A DNA stretch of 18,407 nt. It comes from Promethearchaeota archaeon. Its GTDB lineage: Archaea; Asgardarchaeota; Lokiarchaeia; Sigyniarchaeales; SOKP01. Positions 6,545-14,928 of the stretch are shown in pieces. The translations under genes were made by a program, and so were the position numbers. The DNA is taken from contig JBHLOC010000064.1 of assembly GCA_048940925.1 (NCBI GenBank), positions 1 through 18,407 of the forward strand, written 5' to 3'. The notes under the pieces are model-generated. The model was not told the origin of the DNA. It saw nothing but the letters and a program-made list of their open reading frames with translations, and searched no databases. Positions within the stretch are counted from its first letter, which is position 1, and the number at the start of each line of letters is the position of its first letter.

Positions 6545-8230
6545 TTATACTTCTTCTCCTCTTCTTTTGGCTTCAATTTCTTTTAAATCTTTTCTTTGAA
6601 CTTTTCCCACAAGTGTTTCTGGTAATTCTTTCCTGAATTCAACATATTTTGGTACTTTATAAGGTGCAACATTCTTCCTTGCGAATTCTTTTATTTCACT
6701 GATCATCTCTTCATTATCCTGATAACCATCTTTTAATACCACATATGCTTTGACCTTTTCACTACCTGGAAGATTTGGATCTGGAATCCCTATTATAGCT
6801 ACTTTTTCAATGGGTTCATATTCAAATAAAACATCCTCAACTTCTCTTGGATAAACTTTAAATCCACTAACGTCTATCATATCTTTCTTTCGATCTACGA
6901 TGTAGAAATATCCCTCCTCATCCATTTTTCCGATATCACCTGTTAATAACCAGCCATCTTTTAATTGGTTTTCAGTTTCTTCAGGTTTATTCCAATATCC
7001 TTTCATTACTTGAGGACCATTCATTATAATTTCACCTGCTTCACCAATAGGAAGTATTTTCGTATAATCCTCAATATTAACAATCCTAACATTTGTATCA
7101 GGAAGTGGCATTCCAACAGATCCTACTTTTCTAGTTCCTGAAAAAGGATTACTATGCGTTACTGGTGAAGTTTCTGTTAATCCATAACCCTCAAGTATTA
7201 TACCACCTGTTCTCTCTTCAAATTCTTTCTGAATTTCTGGTGGCATCGGAGCTGCTCCTGTATTACATACTCTAATTGATTTCAAATCTTTAGCATAATC
7301 TTCGAGATCATCTCTTTCTAATAGACGCATATACATTGTTGGTACTCCTGGAAACATTGTGGGGTGTGTAGACTTTATTATTTCAAACAATGATTTCTGA
7401 TCTCGAGGATCAGGATTCAAAGCTATTGTTGATCCCATATATACGTGTAAATTCATGCATACCGTTTGGCCATATATATGAAATAAAGGTAGATTCGTTA
7501 GAATTGTTTCTTTGCCTCTTCTAAATTGATCACCAGCCCAAGTTGACACTGCAACACAATTTGATACAATATTATGGTGAGTAAGCATCGCTCCTTTCGG
7601 TAATCCAGTGGTACCTCCAGTATATTGAAGACATACTAGATCCTCCTTTGCTTTAGTTTCAAATGTAGGTGGATCAGGCTTTGTATTATTAATTAAGTTA
7701 AGAAATTGTATTGTTCCTGAGATTTCTGGGGGATTTCTTGGAGCCATTGGAGCATAATCCAATACATTGGTAATAATCACATATCGTAAGCGAGTTCTAT
7801 CTTTTATTTTATTAATTTTATCAATTTGATTATCCCACGCAATTAAAACCTCAGCCCCACAATCATTTAATTGATAAGCAAGTTCATGTTCTGTATGTAA
7901 AACCGAACAAGCAGTAGCAATTGCTCCTGCTTTTAAAATTCCATAATAACACATTATAAATTGAGGAAAATTTGGTATCATTATAGCAACGACGTCCCCT
8001 TTTTTTACACCTAAATTAATTAAAGCTGTAGCCAGTCTGTCAGTAATATCTTTTAACTTTTTGTAAGAGATTTTGTTTTTCATAAACCAAATAGCAGTTC
8101 GACCACCGAATTCCTTTGCGGAATTTTCTAGAAATTCATATACATTCATTTCTGGATATTCAATAGAATGTGGAACTCCTTCATCATAATTCTTTAACCA
8201 AGGTTTTGTAGCATAAGGATCTTCACTCAT
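6545..8230 (-). CDS. fadD: Long-chain-fatty-acid--CoA ligase (ANL/AMP-binding superfamily)
   Basis: P-loop LQYTGGTTGLPKGAMLTH, LPLFHIYG, EGYGLTETSP, TGDIGKMD, IVDRKKDMI-x-VSGFKVYP and terminal LPETLVGKV. Substrate specificity is not determinable from sequence. Confidence 0.92.
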   Translation of the reverse strand: MSEDPYATKPWLKNYDEGVPHSIEYPEMNVYEFLENSAKEFGGRTAIWFMKNKISYKKLKDITDRLATALINLGVKKGDVVAIMIPNFPQFIMCYYGILKAGAIATACSVLHTEHELAYQLNDCGAEVLIAWDNQIDKINKIKDRTRLRYVIITNVLDYAPMAPRNPPEISGTIQFLNLINNTKPDPPTFETKAKEDLVCLQYTGGTTGLPKGAMLTHHNIVSNCVAVSTWAGDQFRRGKETILTNLPLFHIYGQTVCMNLHVYMGSTIALNPDPRDQKSLFEIIKSTHPTMFPGVPTMYMRLLERDDLEDYAKDLKSIRVCNTGAAPMPPEIQKEFEERTGGIILEGYGLTETSPVTHSNPFSGTRKVGSVGMPLPDTNVRIVNIEDYTKILPIGEAGEIIMNGPQVMKGYWNKPEETENQLKDGWLLTGDIGKMDEEGYFYIVDRKKDMIDVSGFKVYPREVEDVLFEYEPIEKVAIIGIPDPNLPGSEKVKAYVVLKDGYQDNEEMISEIKEFARKNVAPYKVPKYVEFRKELPETLVGKVQRKDLKEIEAKRRGEEV

Positions 8231-8309
8231 TATTTTACAACCTTTTTACTTTAATTTTTAATTTTTATAATTACTATTAAAAAAAATAGATATGTTAATA
8301 ATATTATTA

Positions 8310-9734
8310 CTACTCTTCAGTTAAATTATCAAGAGCATTTATTGCAGCTTCACAAACATAATCACATTCATCATGGATTAATTCATTTAAACTTGAAATG
8401 ACGTCTTCAGTATGTACTCCTATGATTCCTAATGCTTCAGAAGATCTCCATCTAACATCGCGATTTTTATCTTTGAGAGCTTTTATTAATGATGGGATTA
8501 CTATATTGGCTGATGCCCCTAATTTACCCAAAGATAACGCTGCTTCACGTCGTACAATCTCTTTAGGATCATTTAAAGCTTTTGCAAGGGCATGAATTGA
8601 ATTTACTGAATTTAATCCAATTTTTCCTAATGCTCTAGCAGATTCAACCCTAACAGAAGCCTTTTTTGATTGGGGATCTTTTACAAATGCTTTGATTGCT
8701 CTTAAAATTCTATTTATAAGTGTAGGGTTGAATTCCACTTCCTGTTCTTCAATTTGTAAAAGATTGATTAATACAGGTAATGCTTCTTCAGCTTCAATAC
8801 CAATTCCTCCTATAGCTGAAATTAAAATATTTTTCATTTTTATATTTGATGTATCGATCGCTTTAATTAAAATAGGAACAGCATCTTTACCAATACTACG
8901 AAGAGCATCGGCAGCTTTTCCCCGAACAGCTTCTACTTTATCTTTTAACAAGCTTGAAATACTATTAATTATGTTGGGATCTGAAAATCCCATTTCCCCT
9001 AAAGTATCAACCACGCCTTTTCTAACAATCTTATTCTTATGATTCACTATTTCTAGAAGGCTAGGAACTGCTTCCATTCCGATTTCAACTAATGTATTTG
9101 AAACTCGGGATCGTACTCTCCAATCAGGATCTTCAAGAGCAGTTATTAAATTTGGTATAGCTTTTGTAGATCCTCGTCCTATTTGGCTAATTGACTGAGC
9201 AGAAGCTGTTCGCACGGTCCAACTTACATCTTTTAGGCTGTTCATTAAATTTGGAATTGCTTTAAAAGCATCATTTCCAAATTTTCCTAATGCTTTTGCA
9301 GCCTCAGATCGAACAATTTCGGATTTATCTTCTAATTTTGTTGTTAAACTTGATATGGATTCCGTAGTAGGATTCCCAATTTTTCCAAGAGCGATAGCGG
9401 CTTCTTTTCTAATAGATTCTTCTTTATCAGAAAGCATTTTAGATAATTGTGGAACAGCTTCCTTGGCAATATCTCCTATTTTTCCCAAAGATCTAGCTGC
9501 TTCACGACAAATACTCCAATCATTATCTTCTAAACATTCTTTTAATTTTGGTATGCTATTTATCGATTGCTGACCTAATTCTCCCAATACGAGAATTGCG
9601 TTAAATTTTACCGATCTTATGTTGCTATTTAAGTGTGTTATTACGTCATTTATAATAGAATTATCTTTCTCAATTCTTGACAAAACCAGATCAATTCTAG
9701 CGTCTCTTAACAATTGTTCTAAAGTAGCTGACAC
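8310..9734 (-). CDS. HEAT-repeat (PBS-lyase-like) alpha-solenoid protein, ~13 repeats
   Basis: Tandem ~30-33-aa units of the form IPxLxxxLxDxxxxVRxxAAxALGxIG. GTG start with SD AGGTGATT (9739-9746), which overlaps the livF stop codon. Confidence 0.92.
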   Translation of the reverse strand: MSATLEQLLRDARIDLVLSRIEKDNSIINDVITHLNSNIRSVKFNAILVLGELGQQSINSIPKLKECLEDNDWSICREAARSLGKIGDIAKEAVPQLSKMLSDKEESIRKEAAIALGKIGNPTTESISSLTTKLEDKSEIVRSEAAKALGKFGNDAFKAIPNLMNSLKDVSWTVRTASAQSISQIGRGSTKAIPNLITALEDPDWRVRSRVSNTLVEIGMEAVPSLLEIVNHKNKIVRKGVVDTLGEMGFSDPNIINSISSLLKDKVEAVRGKAADALRSIGKDAVPILIKAIDTSNIKMKNILISAIGGIGIEAEEALPVLINLLQIEEQEVEFNPTLINRILRAIKAFVKDPQSKKASVRVESARALGKIGLNSVNSIHALAKALNDPKEIVRREAALSLGKLGASANIVIPSLIKALKDKNRDVRWRSSEALGIIGVHTEDVISSLNELIHDECDYVCEAAINALDNLTEE

Positions 9735-9745
9735 TTATAATCACC

Positions 9746-10450
9746 TTATATACCTAAATATACTTCTTTTATTCGAGGTTCTCTTTGTAATTCCTCTTTT
9801 GTCCCCCGCATCTCAATTTTCCCCTCTTCTAAGACATGTATGTTTTCAGCCACATCCATCGCTAAAACTGCGTCTTGTTCGACTAACAACGTTGTTGTAC
9901 CTTCTTGTTTTATTTTTTCAATGGCTTCAAAAATTTTATCCTTAACTTTTGGAGCTAACCCTAAGGATGGTTCATCCATTAATAATAACTTTGGATTTGA
10001 CATTAATGCTCGTGCAATTGCTAGCATTTGCTGTTCACCCCCACTCAAAGTTCCAGCGCGTTGTTTTTCTCTTTCTTTAAGACGAGGGAAAATTTCATAA
10101 ATAAAGTCTAATAATTCATTATATTTCTTCTTATCTTTGAGTAAATATGCCCCCAATCTAAGATTTTCCGCAACACTCATATTATAGAATAATCTTCGCC
10201 GTTCTGGACAATGAGAAATTCCTCGTTTAGCAATTTTATGAGCTTTCATATCGTCAATTCTTTCACCAAGAAATACTATTTTTCCCCTGTCAGGTTCTTC
10301 TAAACCAGATAAAACTCTGAGCAGAGTAGATTTTCCAGCTCCATTTGGACCTATAACTGCATCCAAAGCTTGTTCTTCTATTTTCAAATTAATTTCTTCA
10401 AGAGCTCTAGCTTTTCCATAATAATGATATACTCTTTTCATTTCAAGCAA
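9746..10450 (-). CDS. livF: HAAT/LIV-family ABC transporter ATP-binding subunit (LivF-like)
   Basis: Walker A GPNGAGKST, signature LSGGEQQMLAIARAL, Walker B LLMDEPSLGLAP, LLVEQ. Start placed at TTG 10450 because the upstream GTG (10459) lies inside the SD AGGTGA. Confidence 0.92.
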   Translation of the reverse strand: MLEMKRVYHYYGKARALEEINLKIEEQALDAVIGPNGAGKSTLLRVLSGLEEPDRGKIVFLGERIDDMKAHKIAKRGISHCPERRRLFYNMSVAENLRLGAYLLKDKKKYNELLDFIYEIFPRLKEREKQRAGTLSGGEQQMLAIARALMSNPKLLLMDEPSLGLAPKVKDKIFEAIEKIKQEGTTTLLVEQDAVLAMDVAENIHVLEEGKIEMRGTKEELQREPRIKEVYLGI

Positions 10451-11183
10451 ATGCTTCACCTCTTCCTAAATATGCTTCAAGAACTATTTTATTATTTGCA
10501 ACCTCTAAGGGAGGTCCATCTGCGATAAATTTTCCTTGATGCATTGCAATTACTCTTGGTACTAATGTCATCAATTCGCGTAGAACGTGACCGGTGATGA
10601 AAACGGTTACACCATCTTCATGTAAATTTATGATTAAATCAGTCAATACTGCTTGTTCTTCATGAGATAATCCGCTAAATGGTTCATCTAAGAGAAGTAA
10701 CTCTGGATTAGTTCCAAGAGCTTTACCAATTTGTAACTTTCTTAAATCACCATGAGGTAATATAACTGGTGGGATTCTTGCTTTATCTACAAGGCCTACT
10801 GAGGCGAGAATTGAACTCGCATATTCATCTGTACCAATTTTCTTTGAGACTTTTTTACCTCTTTTAGAAAGACAGGGTACTGTTATATTATCAAGTAAGC
10901 TTAAGAATTTAAACGATCGTACTAATTGAAAAGTACGTGCAATTCCAGCATTTACTATTTTATAAGGTTTCCATCCAGTAATATCAATTCCGTCAAATCT
11001 AATTCTACCAGAACTAGGGTTTTCAAATCCACTAATTAAGTTAAACACTGTAGTTTTCCCAGCACCATTTGGACCAATTAGGCCGACAAATTCTCCACGT
11101 TTTATCTCAAAACTAAAATCGTTTACAGCTGTTAATCCCCCAAACTTTTTGGTAAGATTCTTAACTTCTAATATAACACCCAT
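10443..11183 (-). CDS. livG: HAAT/LIV-family ABC transporter ATP-binding subunit (LivG-like)
   Basis: FGGLTAV, GPNGAGKTT, GIARTFQ, LLLDEPFSGL, EAYLG. Start placed at ATG 11183 because the GTG at 11195 is part of SD GTGAT. It overlaps the livF start. Confidence 0.92.
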   Translation of the reverse strand: MGVILEVKNLTKKFGGLTAVNDFSFEIKRGEFVGLIGPNGAGKTTVFNLISGFENPSSGRIRFDGIDITGWKPYKIVNAGIARTFQLVRSFKFLSLLDNITVPCLSKRGKKVSKKIGTDEYASSILASVGLVDKARIPPVILPHGDLRKLQIGKALGTNPELLLLDEPFSGLSHEEQAVLTDLIINLHEDGVTVFITGHVLRELMTLVPRVIAMHQGKFIADGPPLEVANNKIVLEAYLGRGEAFA

Positions 11184-11226
11184 TTTTAAAATCACATAAG
11201 TTTTACTAATTTTTATGTTAAAAACG

Positions 11227-12249
11227 TCATCTTCCTAATAAAAAATCCCATACATCTTTTATTCGTTCTACTACAGGCCTTAATATCCCACGTTCAGCAA
11301 ATCTGACTACAAGAATTAAAATAAAAGCGAAAATTACTTGTACATAGATTTCAGCACCCAATTCGATAAGAATATATTCAAGAAAGATAAAGAAAAATGC
11401 ACCTAATGCTGAACCAGATATAGTTGTTAAACCACCTAAAGAAGCCATTAGAATAGCAAAAAACGAAATTACAGTACCAAAGTTGCCTGTAGGGTTAACA
11501 GCAGTGTTATATAATGCATAAAAACAACCTGCTATTCCAGCAAATGTCCCACTTATAATAAAGGCGATGATCTTATACTTTGTTGTATTGATTCCTGATG
11601 CATCAGCACCAGTCTCATCATCACGAATTGATTTGAAAATTGTTCCTAATTTTGATTTACTTATTTGAATTATAATAATAAACGATACTACCATCGTAAT
11701 AAAAATAATAAAATATTCCAATATGGGGCTGCCAGCTAATTTTGGAAGCCCTGATATTCCTTCTGATCCGAAGAAAAGGTATGCAAGCGATCCTAGTAAA
11801 AAAATCTTTAGCAAGATTAAACTAAATGCAAGGGTACCTAATGCCAGATATGGTCCTTTTAATCGTAAAGCTGGCACCCCGATTAACAAGCTAAAAAGTA
11901 CAGCTCCAACTACTCCGATAGTAAACGAATAAAAAATTGAAAAACTTTGATATTTAATTAAATAAGCACATAAATAACCCGCTATCCCAAAAAAAATAGC
12001 ATGACCGAAACTAATTTGACCTGAAATACCGGTAAGTAAATCCCAACTTGCCGCGAATATAGCAAATATCATAGCTAGAGAAAAATGGGGTAAGAAAAAA
12101 TATACGAAACTTACATCATTAGAGAGGAAAGGTATTAGAGTCAGAATAACTAAACAGAATAGCGTTAATCCACCACTAAAAGTTAGTGCCCATGACTTTA
12201 AATAATGAGGAAAATTATCTAATTTTTCTTTTATCTTCATTTTACGCAT
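11227..12249 (-). CDS. livM: HAAT/LIV-family ABC transporter permease (LivM-like)
   Basis: SWDLLTGISGQISFGHAIFFGIAGY, LRLKGPYLALGTLAF, SIRDDETGADASGIN, LGGL. The start could be ATG 12249 or 12240. Confidence 0.92.
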   Translation of the reverse strand: MRKMKIKEKLDNFPHYLKSWALTFSGGLTLFCLVILTLIPFLSNDVSFVYFFLPHFSLAMIFAIFAASWDLLTGISGQISFGHAIFFGIAGYLCAYLIKYQSFSIFYSFTIGVVGAVLFSLLIGVPALRLKGPYLALGTLAFSLILLKIFLLGSLAYLFFGSEGISGLPKLAGSPILEYFIIFITMVVSFIIIIQISKSKLGTIFKSIRDDETGADASGINTTKYKIIAFIISGTFAGIAGCFYALYNTAVNPTGNFGTVISFFAILMASLGGLTTISGSALGAFFFIFLEYILIELGAEIYVQVIFAFILILVVRFAERGILRPVVERIKDVWDFLLGR

Positions 12250-12273
12250 TTTTTTACACCAATTATTTAGATA

Positions 12274-13161
12274 TTATCTAACCTCTTTCTTTCCAAATAA
12301 GCCTTGAGGTCTTATTAAGAGCATTATGATTATAACAATAATAGGGATAATATGAGCCCAAGATGGACCATTCGGAATAAAAACACTTGTAAAACTTGTT
12401 ACAAATCCAACAATATAAGCCCCTACAACACTTCCAACAAGACTTCCCATACCTCCCAAGATAACAACAGCGAAGGAATTTGTTAAATATAACCATCCCA
12501 TAGAGGGCCCACTAAGAGCGGCAGCAGGAAGATAAAGAAAAGCCGCGATTGCCGCAAGGAATGCAGATATCATAACAGTGTATAATAAAATTCTATTTGA
12601 GTTTATACCCATTAGAGTTGCTGCTTCTCGATCTTGAGAAACTGCTCGAATAGATTTACCTAATTTTGATTTACTAATAAATAGGGCAAATAAACTTACA
12701 ACTATTAGTGACATTATTATGAGAAAAATAAATTGATTAATCATCCGATAATTTAAAAATTCTGTATATCCTCTAAAAAATGCATAATTATTGATTGCGT
12801 AAGTACTAGTACCAGATATAATCAGTACATATTGTTCAAGGAAGAAAGCTAAGCCAAAAGTAATTAATACTACACCTACACTAGTATCCTGTAAAGGCTT
12901 TATAAGTAATATATATGAAAGGCCTCCTATAATAGTGACAATAATAATAGCAATGATAACACTAACCATTTCTAAACCTGGAAAAATATTAAGAAACCAT
13001 AGAAGTAAATATCCAGTTAACATGAAATAAGCACCATGGGCTAAATTCATTATATGTCCAACCCCATAAACTAATGAATAACCTAAAGCTATCAATGCAA
13101 AAACGGCCCCATTTAAGGTTCCATTAAATAAGAAATTCATAATTTCCCCACTCATTAACAT
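12274..13161 (-). CDS. livH: HAAT/LIV-family ABC transporter permease (LivH-like)
   Basis: ALIALGYSLVYGV...NLAHG, LGKSIRAVSQDREAATLMGIN, FAVVILGGMGS, LLIRPQGLFG. Confidence 0.93.
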   Translation of the reverse strand: MLMSGEIMNFLFNGTLNGAVFALIALGYSLVYGVGHIMNLAHGAYFMLTGYLLLWFLNIFPGLEMVSVIIAIIIVTIIGGLSYILLIKPLQDTSVGVVLITFGLAFFLEQYVLIISGTSTYAINNYAFFRGYTEFLNYRMINQFIFLIIMSLIVVSLFALFISKSKLGKSIRAVSQDREAATLMGINSNRILLYTVMISAFLAAIAAFLYLPAAALSGPSMGWLYLTNSFAVVILGGMGSLVGSVVGAYIVGFVTSFTSVFIPNGPSWAHIIPIIVIIIMLLIRPQGLFGKKEVR

Positions 13162-13312
13162 AAATTTTGTCCACCAATTCTATATTAATATATGATTAAT
13201 CGCATTTCTTATAAAGCTAATCTTTTCATCATGTTTATACAAAAATATATATAAAATTCTCCAAAATGACATATCTAAATAGAATTTTCAATAATTTTAT
13301 AATAATTTATTT

Positions 13313-13327
13313 AAAAATAAAAAAAAA
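13313..13327 (-). terminator. Oligo-T terminator/attenuator candidate after the binding-protein gene
   Basis: The minus strand reads T9-A-T5 about 30 nt after the livK-like stop, in the 196-bp gap before livH. This is consistent with excess binding-protein transcript. Confidence 0.4.
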
Positions 13328-13357
13328 TTATATTTATAATTGGATTTATTCTAAAAT

Positions 13358-14746
13358 TTAACTAGACCAAGTAGTATTGACCCAAGGTGGTACCAAAAAA
13401 GCACCAGTTGTCATCCATTCTGGATACAAGCCAAAACCGGAAACTACTTTTTTAGATCCATCAGGGTACCATTGACACCATAAGGTATGACTGAATGGAT
13501 AGCCCTCAACAAGATCATGGGATTTTGGCCACCATGCTCCTCCTCCACTTACACCAGGATGAGGGTTTCCTGTTGTCCATGTTTCAAACTCTGCAATAAT
13601 ATCATTTGTATCCAAGGAATCAGTTGCTTCAATAGCATCCCTAAGTGCATATACGGCATCATAAGCTCCCGCTGCTATATAAAGCGGTTCATGATCCCAT
13701 TCAGCTAAGAAATCATCCCAAAATTGGAGAGTAGTCGCAGATTTATTTGTTTTATGCAATGTTTGCATTATAGTCTCATAAGCGCATGATTCTCCACTTT
13801 CAGTCCAAAATGTATCTAATTGAGCTTGAACATCAATACCAAATATAATATAGTCATATTTGTTGAGGCCATACTGCTGCATCATTAAAACCCCTCCTTG
13901 ACCTGAAATAATTGGAATCACTACATCCGCCCCCTGTGATTGAAGGGTTGCTAAGTGACTATTCATATCTGTCGCACCAAGGGTAACATCATAGCGAATT
14001 GGCGTTAATACTTGTATCCATGGTGTACCTGTCCAATTTGTAGATTTTGGTAAATAACCTGCTAAAAAAGCAACCATACCCTCTGTCCAAGTCAAATCCT
14101 CCGCTAATAGACCAACTTTTCTAATATCATGACTAGGAAAAGTAGCATTCAAAGTCAAAACAACACCAATTACAGTTGTTAATATTTCCTTCGCTAACAT
14201 GGATGAATTGATTGGCATAAATCTAAACATATATTTATATCTTGAATAATTAGTTATGACATTTGTACAGAAAATATCAGTTGATGCCCCTGTGTCGATA
14301 AAAATCATTTTTGCATCCATAAATTCTTCTTGATAAGCTAGTAGTGCTTCTGATCTAAAGCCACCTAAAGCAAAATCAACTTTTTTATTATAAATTAGTC
14401 TTCTAGCAGCATTAACTCCTCTAGAAGTAACTAGATTAGGATTAGATTCATCGGTGTCTTCTCTGGTAAGTCCAATATAATAGGTGGTACCACCAACATC
14501 AACGCCTCCATTTGCATTTATCTGTTTAGCAGCTAAATATGCACCTTCCCAGTTAGCATCACCCTGAATTTCTCCAGTATCACCAGCACATCCAATTTTT
14601 ATTATGTTAGGATGGTCACTAGGAGCTCCAGGGTACTTGTATGGGTCAGTTGGTTGTGCAAGAAAATACCAAGCAGTTATTCCTATTCCTGTACCTATAA
14701 CTGCAATTAGTACTATGGCTAAAATCCTTTTTGTTAATTGTTCCAT
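13358..14746 (-). CDS. ABC transporter substrate-binding protein, LivJ/K-like type 1 periplasmic-binding fold, N-terminal membrane anchor
   Basis: N-terminal hydrophobic helix (ILAIVLIAVIGTGIGITAWYFL), IKIG...GAYLAAKQINANGGV, GGFRSE, YMFR, and AYDAVYALRDAIE. First gene of the liv-like cluster, with SD GTGAT upstream. Confidence 0.9.
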   Translation of the reverse strand: MEQLTKRILAIVLIAVIGTGIGITAWYFLAQPTDPYKYPGAPSDHPNIIKIGCAGDTGEIQGDANWEGAYLAAKQINANGGVDVGGTTYYIGLTREDTDESNPNLVTSRGVNAARRLIYNKKVDFALGGFRSEALLAYQEEFMDAKMIFIDTGASTDIFCTNVITNYSRYKYMFRFMPINSSMLAKEILTTVIGVVLTLNATFPSHDIRKVGLLAEDLTWTEGMVAFLAGYLPKSTNWTGTPWIQVLTPIRYDVTLGATDMNSHLATLQSQGADVVIPIISGQGGVLMMQQYGLNKYDYIIFGIDVQAQLDTFWTESGESCAYETIMQTLHKTNKSATTLQFWDDFLAEWDHEPLYIAAGAYDAVYALRDAIEATDSLDTNDIIAEFETWTTGNPHPGVSGGGAWWPKSHDLVEGYPFSHTLWCQWYPDGSKKVVSGFGLYPEWMTTGAFLVPPWVNTTWSS

Positions 14747-14827
14747 TTATTAGATCACTTATTTTATTTGTTTTTTATACTTTTATGATTATTATTAGAT
14801 TTATCAAATTAAATTCATTTAAACATA

Positions 14828-14841
14828 TATATAAAGTTTTC
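14828..14841 (-). promoter_or_regulatory. Archaeal BRE-TATA promoter of the ABC transporter cluster
   Basis: The minus strand reads GAAAAC-TTTATATA (purine-rich BRE followed by a consensus TATA box) about 80 nt upstream of the ATG at 14746. Confidence 0.6.
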
Positions 14842-14863
14842 AAATTTTCATATAGGAAAATTT
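14842..14863. promoter_or_regulatory. 22-bp near-perfect palindrome AAATTTTCATATAGGAAAATTT; candidate transcription-factor site
   Basis: 10 of 11 symmetric position pairs match. It directly abuts the upstream edge of the BRE. Confidence 0.5.
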
Positions 14864-14928
14864 ATGTGAAAGATCATCGAATTTGAAGAAACGGGCGTAA
14901 TTTCCCTCTGTTAAATATTCTATGTCTA

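Noticed and set aside
8296-8309. Perfect palindrome TAATAATATTATTA after the HEAT gene
   Set aside because: Low-complexity, A/T only, and expected by chance in this background.
8398-10100. Several plus-strand ORFs (8398, 8692, 9355, 9619, 9840)
   Set aside because: Antisense shadows of the HEAT and livF genes; their composition mirrors the sense-strand codons.
496-11229. Selenocysteine read-through of TGA stops (polB, livG, livM)
   Set aside because: Each TGA sits at the expected protein end. polB and livM hit another stop within a few codons, livG overlaps the livF start, and no SECIS-like element was recognised.
11723-13708. Short ORFs at 11723 (+), 12278 (-, Cys-rich) and 13487 (+)
   Set aside because: Nested in conserved permease or binding-protein genes. 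The Cys richness of 12278-12496 is an alternative-frame artefact of Val/Ala-rich codons.
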